Made by a program: the position numbers and the translations under genes. Below the pieces are notes generated by a model that was not told the DNA's origin, did no database searches, and worked only from the letters and a program-made list of their open reading frames with translations. A DNA stretch of 64,000 nt from Chloroflexota bacterium (GTDB lineage Bacteria; Chloroflexota; Dehalococcoidia; Bin125): contig VXQZ01000033.1 in assembly GCA_009838735.1 (NCBI GenBank), positions 50,826 to 114,825 on the forward strand. The letters run 5' to 3'. This document shows positions 1 to 8,454 of this stretch, one piece after another. Each line of letters opens with the position of its first letter. Position 1 is the stretch's first letter.

Positions 1-150
1 TTCGCCGCTCTCAACCCAGACGGCGCCATCGCCATCTTCATCTGGGACGGCTCGACCTGGGCTCGGTTCGCGATGGTGGGCGGCCTCCTGGTGCCTGGTT
101 CGCTCGACGTCGATATCGAGCACGGCAACATCCTCCACATCACCAGGTAG
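1..150 (+). CDS. 3' end (49 codons) of a CDS entering from upstream of the window; product unknown
   Basis: Frame 1 open from nt 1 to TAG at 148-150; GC3-rich codons like neighbouring genes; tail too short for family assignment. Confidence 0.4.
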   Translation, partial: FAALNPDGAIAIFIWDGSTWARFAMVGGLLVPGSLDVDIEHGNILHITR

Positions 151-383
151 GTCGTGTTGATGCGACCCTGGGGCCGAACGTTCTCGTCGGTCACGGTATG
201 CAACCTGGGCCTCAGCAGTCCCCGCCCTCTCCTCCTCAAACCAGGCGAAATCGGGCACGATCAGAATTGATGTACGTACGCGACCAGAAGACGACCGCAA
301 TGCCTATTCGGCAACCTGTGCCCGGCCTGAACAGACCCGCATTCGACCGGATTCCGCTGGAGAGAAACTGTCCTGATCGAGCC

Positions 384-423
384 CGATCTGGACGAATCTG
401 GACAGATCTGGACAAATTTGGAC
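384..423. repeat. Four tandem copies of a 10-bp motif (gatctggac/gaatctggac/agatctggac/aaatttggac) in the ~500-nt leader of the molybdoenzyme gene
   Basis: Read directly in sequence at 384-423; region is lower GC than coding flanks. Confidence 0.6.
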
Positions 424-654
424 CGTCGAACGCACGATCCTTCGTCCAGGACTGGAGATCCAGACAACCCACCCGGAAAACTCTCCTCATGGCATCGCAA
501 TCAAGAATTCGCTGGTGTCCTGTTCCCGCGGTCGATCCTTGGCTATGTCGAATCTCTTGCGCCGTGCCGTCATGCCATGCTGAACGGTGCGTCGAGCGAA
601 TATCCTTTGGACGACGACCAATCATGACCCAACCTAGCGATTGAGGAGCGGACG

Positions 655-2943
655 ATGACTACTGAGACCAAACCGGCGTACAACGTGGTGGGCACGCGAC
701 CGATCCGGCCTGACGGAGTTGACAAGGTCACCGGACGGGCCAACTACGGCGCCGACATCTCGCTGCCGGGGATGCTCTACGGTCGCATCCTGCGCTCGCC
801 ACACGCGCACGCGCGGATCCTCAGCATCGACGCCTCGAAGGCGGAAGCGCTGGACGGCGTGCGCTGCGTGATCACGCACGCGGATCTGCCCGGCGCATCG
901 GACACAATCCTCGACTTTGGTGAGAGCGTGTCGCCCTACAAGTGGGTGCTGGAGCAGACGTTTGCCTCGGAGAAAGTGCTGTATCAGGGTCATCCGGTCG
1001 CAGGCTTGTGCGCGACCGATCCGCATATCGCCGAGGACGCGCTGTCGCTGATCGAGGTGGAGTATGAGGTGCTGCCGCCGGTGCTATCGGTTCACGACGC
1101 GATGGCGGACGGCGCGCCAATCTTGCATGACGGCATGAAGACGGTCGAGATGGTCGCGCGATTCGTGCCCGGCGACGGGCGATCGGATCGCGATTCGAAC
1201 ATCGCATCGCAGCTTGAGCTCGAACACGGCGATCCGGCGGCGGGCTTCGAGGAAGCGGACATCATACTCGAAGGCGAGTTTGAGACGGCGGCGGCGCACC
1301 AAGGGTACATCGAACCACAAACCGGCACCGCCCTCTGGAATCCCGACGGCACGCTGACGATCTGGACATCGTCGCAGGGGCCGTTCGCGATCCGCGATAC
1401 GGTCGCGCACATGCTCGGCATTCCGATGGCCGACGTGAAAGTGATCCCGATGGAGATCGGCGGCGGCTTCGGCGGCAAGACCAAACCGTACATGGAGCCG
1501 GCCGCGGCGGTGATGTCGAAGCAGACCGGCCGCCCGGTGAAGATGTATATGAACCGCGAAGAGGTGCTGATCGGCACCGGCCCGACCTCAGCGACCTACG
1601 TTCGCTGCAAGATCGGGGCCAAGAATGACGGCACCCTGGTTGCAGGCGAAGCGACGCTGGCCTACGAGGCCGGCGCGTTCCCGGGCTCGCCCGTGGGAGC
1701 GGGCGCGTCCTGCATGTTCTCTTCCTACGATGTCCCCAACCTCTACGTCAACGCGCTCGACGTGCTCACGAACAAGCCGAAAGCACACGCCTACCGCGCG
1801 CCGGGGTCGCCTCAGGCGACCTACGCCGTCGAGTCGCTGCTCGACCAGCTTGCGGAGCGGCTGGAGCGCGATCCGATGGAATTGCGCGCGCAGAACGCTG
1901 CTCAGGAGGGCACGCGTCGGGCGGACGGCACGCGGATGCCGGCGATCGGGGCTGAGGAGACGATGCAGGCGGCCATGGACTCGCCGCACTACCGCTCGGA
2001 GCTTGGCCTCGATGAGGACGGCCGGCTGCTGGGTCGCGGCGTCGCGATGGGATTCTGGCACAACGCCGGCGGAGAGTCCTCGGCCTACGCCATGACCAAT
2101 TCCGACGGGACCGTCAACCTGTCGCTCGGCTCGGTAGACATCGGCGGACAGCGCGCCGGTCTGGCGATGCAGTTTGCCGAGACGATGGGGATTGGCTACG
2201 AGCAGGTGCGGCCGCAGGTCGTCGACACTGATCAGATCGGCTTCACCAACGTCACCGGCGGCTCGCGCGTTTCCTACGCCAGCGGACTCGCGGTCCATGA
2301 AGCGGCGCTCGAGATGCAGCAACAGCTGGCGGCTCGCGTGGCGCGGATCTGGGACTGCGACGAAGCAGCAGTGTCCTATGCGGACGGTGCCGTGCATGGC
2401 CCTGACGGTCAGTCGATGCCGTTCGCTGAACTCTGTGGACACCTGCAAGGGACGGGCGGTCAGATTCAGGGGGCGGCCGACGTGTCGCCGAATCGCCCTG
2501 GTCCGGCGTTCGGCTGCCACATCGTCGACGTGGCGGTGGATCAGGACACTGGCAAGGTCGACGTGCTGCGCTACTCGGCGGTGCAAGACGTGGGCACGGC
2601 GGTCCACCCGGATTATGCAGAGGGACAGGTGCAGGGCGGCGCGGCGCAGGGCATTGGCATGGCGCTCTCGGAGGAGTATGTCTACTCGCCCGAGGGTCGG
2701 ATGACCAACGCCAGCTTGCTCGATTACCGCATGCCGACCTCGCTCGACCTGCCGGAGATCGAGACGATCCTGGTCGAGGTCCCAAACCCCAGCCACCCAT
2801 ACGGAGTGCGGGGCGTCGGCGAGGTGCCGATCGTGCCGCCGCTGGCCGCGATCGCCAACGCCATCTACGACGCCACAGGAATCCGAATGAACTCACTACC
2901 CGCGAGTCCGACCAAGCTGCTTGATCGTCTGCTGGACGAATAG
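655..2943 (+). CDS. Xanthine dehydrogenase family protein, molybdopterin-binding large subunit (aldehyde oxidase/CoxL-like)
   Basis: 762 aa; N-terminal VGTRPIRPDGVDKVTGRANYGADISLPGMLYGRILRSPHAHARI typical of the a/b-hammerhead plus Mo-binding family; GAGGAG RBS 7 nt upstream of ATG. Confidence 0.9.
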   Translation: MTTETKPAYNVVGTRPIRPDGVDKVTGRANYGADISLPGMLYGRILRSPHAHARILSIDASKAEALDGVRCVITHADLPGASDTILDFGESVSPYKWVLEQTFASEKVLYQGHPVAGLCATDPHIAEDALSLIEVEYEVLPPVLSVHDAMADGAPILHDGMKTVEMVARFVPGDGRSDRDSNIASQLELEHGDPAAGFEEADIILEGEFETAAAHQGYIEPQTGTALWNPDGTLTIWTSSQGPFAIRDTVAHMLGIPMADVKVIPMEIGGGFGGKTKPYMEPAAAVMSKQTGRPVKMYMNREEVLIGTGPTSATYVRCKIGAKNDGTLVAGEATLAYEAGAFPGSPVGAGASCMFSSYDVPNLYVNALDVLTNKPKAHAYRAPGSPQATYAVESLLDQLAERLERDPMELRAQNAAQEGTRRADGTRMPAIGAEETMQAAMDSPHYRSELGLDEDGRLLGRGVAMGFWHNAGGESSAYAMTNSDGTVNLSLGSVDIGGQRAGLAMQFAETMGIGYEQVRPQVVDTDQIGFTNVTGGSRVSYASGLAVHEAALEMQQQLAARVARIWDCDEAAVSYADGAVHGPDGQSMPFAELCGHLQGTGGQIQGAADVSPNRPGPAFGCHIVDVAVDQDTGKVDVLRYSAVQDVGTAVHPDYAEGQVQGGAAQGIGMALSEEYVYSPEGRMTNASLLDYRMPTSLDLPEIETILVEVPNPSHPYGVRGVGEVPIVPPLAAIANAIYDATGIRMNSLPASPTKLLDRLLDE

Positions 2944-3000
2944 CGGTGCTCGGCGGTCATGCAGTCGGTCCCGGGCAACCGGCACCGTTGCCGCCATGTG

Positions 3001-3729
3001 TTAAGCGGCGTATTCGCGAGCCAGGTTGTCCAGCAGCTCGACCACGAGATCGGGTGCCGAGAAGAACGGGGAGTGGTCCGTAGCCCACTCGACCACCCTG
3101 TCGGCTCGCCGGGCCAGGGTTCGCTGGCCCTCCGCGAGGAGCGCCTGATCCTCCGTGCAGACGACATACGTTGTCGTGATCTTGCTCCAGGCGGTATCAC
3201 GCGCAGCATCAAACGGGACCGCGCCCTCATCGCGAACCAGCAGGCCAAGGGCTCGCTCGTAGTCTTCGTCCGAGCACTGGTGGTAGAAGGCGTAACGGAT
3301 CTTGTCTTCCTGAACGGTCGTTGACCCGTCTTCGCCGGGAACCACGGCCGTGATCAATTCGGGATTGACGAAGTTGTCAGGGATCGTGCCTTCGGTATCA
3401 GGCATAATCGCCGTGAGATAGACCAAGTGCTTGACGCTGTCGTTGCCCAGAGGGGCGGTCGTCAGCGAGACGCCGCCAAAGGAGTGGCCCAACGCGACGA
3501 TGGGACCATCAATCTCTTCAAATGCCCGACGCACGATCGCCTCGTTCTCGTCGGAGTCGGTCACGCCCCTCAGTTCACCGCTCGCTTCGTGCATTCGCCG
3601 GCGGTCGACCGTGACGACCGGGACGCCTCGGGACTCAAGGCCCGCGACCACCTTGTCGAAGCACCATGGTCCGTGCCAGGCGCCGTGGATCAGTACGACG
3701 GTTGCCGGGGTTGTCGAGGAAGTGGTCAT
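3001..3729 (-). CDS. Alpha/beta hydrolase
   Basis: VVLIHGAWHGPWCF and GHSFGG nucleophile elbow; start moved to internal ATG (MTTSS) preceded by GGAGCAC RBS. Confidence 0.8.
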   Translation of the reverse strand: MTTSSTTPATVVLIHGAWHGPWCFDKVVAGLESRGVPVVTVDRRRMHEASGELRGVTDSDENEAIVRRAFEEIDGPIVALGHSFGGVSLTTAPLGNDSVKHLVYLTAIMPDTEGTIPDNFVNPELITAVVPGEDGSTTVQEDKIRYAFYHQCSDEDYERALGLLVRDEGAVPFDAARDTAWSKITTTYVVCTEDQALLAEGQRTLARRADRVVEWATDHSPFFSAPDLVVELLDNLAREYAA

Positions 3730-3748
3730 GGTTGTGCTCCAATGCCTG

Positions 3749-4300
3749 TCAGGACGGGAATCGATCCGTCGTTGTGGATTCAAACTGCACGCCGAAGCTG
3801 TTCAGCGCCATTGACACGATGTGATATTGACCAACTGCAAAGACAACGTCCATGAGCTGTTGCGTCGAGTACCGCTCGGCCAGCTTGCTCCAGGTGTCGT
3901 CGGAGATGAACGCGTCGTGGTGCAGTTCATCGGCTGCGCGGAGCAGCGTGGCGTCAAAATCGTCCCAGCCGTCGATGTCGGGACCGAGCGTGATCCGGCG
4001 GATTTCGTCATCGGTCAGACCGATGGACCGACCGAATCGGGAATGCTGGGCAAACTCATACTCCGATTGACAGTTCCAGCCGGTGCGGAGGATCAAGATC
4101 TCCCGCTCGCGAGCAGGCAGTGAGGTCTGGCGCATGACGTGGCTCGTGAACGCCTGACGCGACCTGGCGAGCTCTGGGTACTGCGCGATCGTCCGCTGCA
4201 CGTTGAGCGGCGACCTGCCGGATGCAGCCAGGATTTCTCGCTGCTCGTCGGTCGCGTCTTCGTCGGAGACGGGCTCGATTCGGGGCCGCGAAAGTCGCAT
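3749..4300 (-). CDS. Carboxymuconolactone decarboxylase (AhpD-like) family protein
   Basis: 183 aa with CMD-family helical core (ILILRTGWNCQSEYEFAQH); AGGTGA RBS upstream of ATG. Confidence 0.75.
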   Translation of the reverse strand: MRLSRPRIEPVSDEDATDEQREILAASGRSPLNVQRTIAQYPELARSRQAFTSHVMRQTSLPAREREILILRTGWNCQSEYEFAQHSRFGRSIGLTDDEIRRITLGPDIDGWDDFDATLLRAADELHHDAFISDDTWSKLAERYSTQQLMDVVFAVGQYHIVSMALNSFGVQFESTTTDRFPS

Positions 4301-4329
4301 CGATCACCTGCCGCGGGCAGGGTAATGCA

Positions 4330-4406
4330 TGGTCGGAGCGGCCGGATTTGAACCGGCGACCTCTTGACCCCCAGTCAAGTGCGCTACCAAACTGCGCCAC
4401 GCTCCG
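4330..4406 (-). tRNA. tRNA-Pro (anticodon GGG)
   Basis: Reverse complement folds as a cloverleaf: acceptor CGGAGCG/CGCTCCG, D arm GCGC-AGTTTGGTA-GCGC, anticodon arm CTTGA-CTGGGGG-TCAAG (anticodon GGG), T arm GCCGG-TTCAAAT-CCGGC, discriminator A, encoded CCA. Confidence 0.85.
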
Positions 4407-4524
4407 ACGCGGCCCAGCGTATCACTGCGGCATTGTCCGACACGCTTCCGAATGGCCTCCTAAACGAAATCACCGAGGTTCTCTTTAGAGAACAGAAGTT
4501 CATCATATGCAGTAGGCTAACGAT

Positions 4525-4800
4525 ATGGCGCTCGACAGACTTCGGTTCCACAGCATCCTCGTCCAGGAGATGAGCGCTCCGACGGAAACGGCTGAGCGTC
4601 TGGCTGAAGTCGTTGCCCAAGCCACCGATGAAGCCGTCACAGACGAGCAGTTCCAGACTCGAATGGACCTGACGGAAGCACGCCTGCTGGCGGATCACCG
4701 TGCCGAGATCAATCGCCTCCTCAAGTGGATGGTCGGGCTCGGTGTTGCCGTGGGCGGAGGGCTGATTGCGGTGATGGGAATGCTGGTCGCGAAGCTCTAA
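4525..4800 (+). CDS. DUF1640-like small coiled-coil protein with C-terminal transmembrane helix (paralogue 1 of 4)
   Basis: 91 aa; N-terminal ALDRLRFHSILVQE, central coiled coil, C-terminal LKWMVGLGVAVGGGLIAVMGMLVAKL; resembles DUF1640 architecture from memory. Confidence 0.6.
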   Translation: MALDRLRFHSILVQEMSAPTETAERLAEVVAQATDEAVTDEQFQTRMDLTEARLLADHRAEINRLLKWMVGLGVAVGGGLIAVMGMLVAKL

Positions 4801-4810
4801 CTGCGCAACC

Positions 4811-5266
4811 CTACTCGGTCGGTCGCTTGAGCATCATCCCCGTGCGCCGGCACTTGACCACCAGCTCGCCTCGTTGGTTGGTCCCTCGATGCTCGAAGAC
4901 CACGATCCCCCGATCGGGGCGGCTTCTCGATTCTCGCCGCTCGATCACTTCGGTTTCGCAGGTGATCGTGTCGCCGATAAAGACAGGATTGGGAAAGGTG
5001 GTCTCGTCGAATCCGAGATTGCCCAGCGTCGTACCCAGGGTCGTGTCGGCGACGCTCAGACCCACCGCCAGGCCGAGCGTGAAGATGCTGTTCACAATCC
5101 GCTGGCCGAACTGGGTGCTTCCCGCGAACTCGGCATCGAGGTGCAGTGGCTGACTGTTGTGCGTCAGCGCAGTGAAGAGGAGATTGTCGGCCTCGGTCAC
5201 GGTGCGCGAGGGCTCGTGCCGGATCACCAGACCCGGTTCCAACTCCTCGAACCACTTGCCGGGCAT
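4811..5266 (-). CDS. MaoC-like (R)-hydratase/dehydratase domain protein
   Basis: 151 aa hot-dog fold signature ([15 protein letters not shown]...[10 protein letters not shown]); GAGGA RBS. Confidence 0.8.
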   Translation of the reverse strand: MPGKWFEELEPGLVIRHEPSRTVTEADNLLFTALTHNSQPLHLDAEFAGSTQFGQRIVNSIFTLGLAVGLSVADTTLGTTLGNLGFDETTFPNPVFIGDTITCETEVIERRESRSRPDRGIVVFEHRGTNQRGELVVKCRRTGMMLKRPTE

Positions 5267-5279
5267 GGGAGTCCTCGGC

Positions 5280-5990
5280 CTAGGCGAAGCGGGTCATGTC
5301 GTCGGCGGCGTACTGGGCGACGGCATGGTCGGCCGCGGCGGTGGTCTCCAGGCTCTCCAGCAAATCGGAGAGCTGGCCGGCCGGGATGGCGCAGGTCACT
5401 TCGGCGTTGGGCATCTGGGTGCGCACACGCGAGAGCTGGCAACCGACCGAGGCCGCCATTTCCCCGGCCTTGGCAATCGCGATGATGTGACACTGCGGCT
5501 TGCCCTCGATCCGCAGATCGGGGAACGCGTCGTGCAACACCATGAGCTGTCGCCCGGTGATCCTTAAGAAGACGACATCGGGCTCCGTCGGCGACTCGCC
5601 CAGTGGGCCGTAGACGACCTCTTGCGGCTGCTCTTCGACAACGGGAACGGCCATCGCCGCTTCGGGCGTGACCCAGCCTGATTCGAGCAGCGCGCCGACG
5701 TCGCCATTCTCCATCACATCCATCAAGCCGAGGAATCCGTGAGTGACCGAGCCGACTGAGCAGTTGGCGTGATCCTGGGCAACCGTCGAGAATGTCCGGT
5801 CGGTCGCGTGCATCCAGAACACGCAGCCGGCGGGCACTGCGCCCGTGCGGCCGTCGTCTGCCGGCGATGGCATGTTCGACTGGAAACGGTCGACGCCGCT
5901 GGCCGCATCGTGGAACGTGATCGCGAGCGGCTTGTTGGCCAGTCCGAGCGTGCCTTCGAGCTGATCAGAGAGTTCGGCCCAATTGGTCAT
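5280..5990 (-). CDS. DUF169 domain-containing protein
   Basis: 236 aa with DUF169-like conserved Cys/His pattern (recalled); start overlaps the stop of the upstream membrane-protein gene (ATGA), suggesting an operon. Confidence 0.6.
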   Translation of the reverse strand: MTNWAELSDQLEGTLGLANKPLAITFHDAASGVDRFQSNMPSPADDGRTGAVPAGCVFWMHATDRTFSTVAQDHANCSVGSVTHGFLGLMDVMENGDVGALLESGWVTPEAAMAVPVVEEQPQEVVYGPLGESPTEPDVVFLRITGRQLMVLHDAFPDLRIEGKPQCHIIAIAKAGEMAASVGCQLSRVRTQMPNAEVTCAIPAGQLSDLLESLETTAAADHAVAQYAADDMTRFA

Positions 5991-7315
5991 ACGTGAGTTC
6001 CTTCCTCAGGAGTCGCGCCGGGCCGTTGAAAGGCCTCGCGCAGAGTGGGCGGGAAGAGCCGCCAGTGACTCGGCAACATCGCCGCCGCACAGCCAAGATA
6101 GATGACGCCGAAGATCCAGCGAATCAAGTTGTTTTCCTGAAAGAAGAACTGGCAGATCAACTGCGCCAGGAACACGCTGAGCAGCGCGAAGCCGGCGCGT
6201 GCCGTGAGCTGGCGATCGATGATCAGCATGACGCCGAAGACCGACTGCGCAGCAGTGATGAATATCTCCGCCACTTGTGTGTCGCTCGACGTGATTCCCG
6301 ACAGCGCGCCGCCGCCGGCGATGTAGGCGATCGGCACCGACGCGATCAGCAGCGTCCACTGGTTGACCTTGCTGGAGATGAGCATGTTGACGCCCATCCC
6401 TGCCGAGCCCCGCCAGACCAGATAGAGCGCCGCCAGGAACTCGGGAGACTCCGATGCGAGCGGCGCGATCCACTGGATCACGAAGAACTCGCCGATGCCG
6501 ACGTCACGCCCGACGTACTCGAGTCCGTGCACGAACGGCTCGGCAGCGAGCCCGATCACGATGGCCGAGTAGACGATGAAAAAGAGCACGACGGCGCGCC
6601 GCGGCCAGACCGGCAGCCGTCCGATCGCCTCGGCCGGACCTTCCAGTTCAGGTTCGCGGACCGGCGCGCGCGCGAGGCGAATCACGTACCAGAGAAACAG
6701 CACGCCGAGAATGACCGTGTCCTCGAGCGCGATGCGTCCCTTGGCGACGATGATGAACGAGTACAGCGTGGCGACGATCAAGATGCCAACGTCGAGCGTG
6801 ACGCCGCGCGGAAGGGTCAGTTCCGGCTCCGTGCCATCGTTAGGCCGTCCGCGCAGGTCTCGCCAGGCGTGACGGGCAGTGGAGGTGATCAGCTCGCGCG
6901 GACCCGCCGCCTTCCAGGCGAACAGGAAAATCACGGTCGCCCAGCCCACCCCGAGCAACAGCCGGTTGGCGCCGGTCATGTTTGCCAGGGCCAGGTTGGC
7001 CTTCTCCGAGAAACCCGAGAACGCCACCGGGTCGGACGCGTACTGTCCCGCCTCGTAGGCCAACAGTAGATCGACTGCGTACTCGGGCAGCACAGCGATG
7101 AATGCGACCAGCGCCACCGACAGCGCCGCCGGAATGTCATACTGCGACGCCTCCGCGCCGGAGGAGATCAGGAACGCCGCCGACAGGATCGCCAATCCGG
7201 AGATCGCCACCTCCGGGTACGTGTCCAGCTCAATCCCACCGAGTCGGAAGACCAGCGACGGAATCCCCGCCAGCACAGCCAGGATCAGCAGCGTCCACGG
7301 AGATCGAAGTCGCAT
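5987..7315 (-). CDS. Polytopic membrane protein, Ca2+/cation antiporter (CaCA)-like
   Basis: 442 aa, about 10 predicted TM helices, two internal repeats with alpha-repeat-like LPEYAVD / SESPEF motifs. Confidence 0.55.
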   Translation of the reverse strand: MRLRSPWTLLILAVLAGIPSLVFRLGGIELDTYPEVAISGLAILSAAFLISSGAEASQYDIPAALSVALVAFIAVLPEYAVDLLLAYEAGQYASDPVAFSGFSEKANLALANMTGANRLLLGVGWATVIFLFAWKAAGPRELITSTARHAWRDLRGRPNDGTEPELTLPRGVTLDVGILIVATLYSFIIVAKGRIALEDTVILGVLFLWYVIRLARAPVREPELEGPAEAIGRLPVWPRRAVVLFFIVYSAIVIGLAAEPFVHGLEYVGRDVGIGEFFVIQWIAPLASESPEFLAALYLVWRGSAGMGVNMLISSKVNQWTLLIASVPIAYIAGGGALSGITSSDTQVAEIFITAAQSVFGVMLIIDRQLTARAGFALLSVFLAQLICQFFFQENNLIRWIFGVIYLGCAAAMLPSHWRLFPPTLREAFQRPGATPEEGTHV

Positions 7316-7367
7316 CGAATCAGGACAAACAGGTTTCGACTGTCAGTCTCGGGCGCCGTTGCTCACG

Positions 7368-7784
7368 TTATGCCTCGGAGACATTGTCCAACCGTTCAAT
7401 CTGCTGGCGGAGCCGACTCATCAGGAGTAACCAAAGTGCTGCCTCATCCCGAGGCACGATGGACCGAACGTCATGGGAGTAAATGTTTCGGACTCCAGTC
7501 GTCACGCCCAACATCAGATATCGAAGGGACGCGTGCTCATTTCGCTCCTTTGCGGTCTGACGTTCATTGAAGGCCAATGACGGCTTGTCATCAGCAAGAA
7601 CTGACTGCACCAGGCTCTGTCCGTTCAGATCGTCTCTACCGCTCCGATCCGCGATTTCCGCGAGCAGGTCTTGTGCCTCATGACGGATCGCATCACGGTG
7701 AAACCCGCTGGCAAACAGCGATCTGGCGTGGCTAGTGATGCTCATCTCCGCGAGCGTGAACGCCACATCCGAGTCGTCGGTCAT
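7368..7784 (-). CDS. HEPN-like (Rx4H) protein, TIGR02391/Abi-like; candidate RNase toxin
   Basis: 138 aa; ERNEHASLRYLMLGVTTGVRNIYSHD contains R-x4-H; lower GC than surroundings; start codon overlaps the stop of the upstream gene (TGATG). Confidence 0.6.
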   Translation of the reverse strand: MTDDSDVAFTLAEMSITSHARSLFASGFHRDAIRHEAQDLLAEIADRSGRDDLNGQSLVQSVLADDKPSLAFNERQTAKERNEHASLRYLMLGVTTGVRNIYSHDVRSIVPRDEAALWLLLMSRLRQQIERLDNVSEA

Positions 7785-8428
7785 CAGGCGACCAACCGCT
7801 GCGCAAATTCCCGCGCGGAATGTACTCCTGAGCCCCTCAACCGAACCGTTCTCTGGCTGCTCCGGGGCTTCCCCAATACGACCAGATCAGGACTCGTCTG
7901 TAAGGCCTTCGCGAAGTTCGGCTTGTCGTATTTTCGGTACTGTTCGACGACTTTGCGGATGTGGTCCATCTGGGTGTCAAGGCCTAGAGCGGTTCGCGCG
8001 CTTAGCACTAACAGCGCAATCTCGCGGGTGGCCTTGCCTTTCGCCGGGGACAGAAGATTGGGGCGCACTTGAACCTCGGGTTCAGCGTCTTCCAAGCCGA
8101 ACAGCATCTCTGCCTGTTCACCTTCGATCTCCAGATAGGAGGAAATCGCATCCATTCGCAGCTCAGGTGTCGAGTAAATGTCGTCCGCCTGTGATCCGTG
8201 CGGTTCTGCCGCGAGCGACGACTCACTCTCCTCGGTGCCGTCGGAGCGCACAGCATCTCCATTCCGGAGCATCGCTTCCAGGACAAGTCTGAATGCCGTT
8301 TCGCGCGTTTCCGGCGCGACTTCATCGCCGAGTTGCGATGCCGCTAGCCAAGCTTCCCGAACCAAGCCGGCCATCTTTAGGCCGGCGTTGGTCAGCGGCG
8401 CATCTGCGGTCTGAGCTTCTGAAACCAT
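7784..8428 (-). CDS. Hypothetical protein, partner of the HEPN-like gene (candidate antitoxin/sensor)
   Basis: 214 aa from the internal ATG (MVSEAQ) preceded by a GGGAGGG RBS; the longer ORF-track start lacks an RBS; no recognisable domain; acidic, helical. Confidence 0.55.
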   Translation of the reverse strand: MVSEAQTADAPLTNAGLKMAGLVREAWLAASQLGDEVAPETRETAFRLVLEAMLRNGDAVRSDGTEESESSLAAEPHGSQADDIYSTPELRMDAISSYLEIEGEQAEMLFGLEDAEPEVQVRPNLLSPAKGKATREIALLVLSARTALGLDTQMDHIRKVVEQYRKYDKPNFAKALQTSPDLVVLGKPRSSQRTVRLRGSGVHSAREFAQRLVA

Positions 8429-8454
8429 GGTTCCCTCCCGACTGCACAAGCGTA

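Noticed and set aside
198-644. 148-aa ORF in the leader of the molybdoenzyme gene
   Set aside because: Arg/Pro/Ser-rich composition, no RBS, and it spans the tandem-repeat region; more likely non-coding leader.
1588-2796. Long antisense ORFs typical of high-GC DNA (examples: 1588-2796 -, 2252-2896 -, 5993-7069 +, 8542-9273 +, 18970-20838 +, 29461-30240 -, 29726-31777 +, 31626-32984 -, 52687-53562 -, 54109-55005 -, 57340-58164 -)
   Set aside because: Each lies inside, on the opposite strand or in another frame of, a gene with clear conserved motifs. The translations are Arg/Ala/Pro/Gly-rich with no motifs and no RBS.
2974-2992. Short hairpin GGCAAC-CGGCACC-GTTGCC between convergent genes
   Set aside because: Only a 6-bp stem with no flanking U/A tract; too weak to call a terminator.
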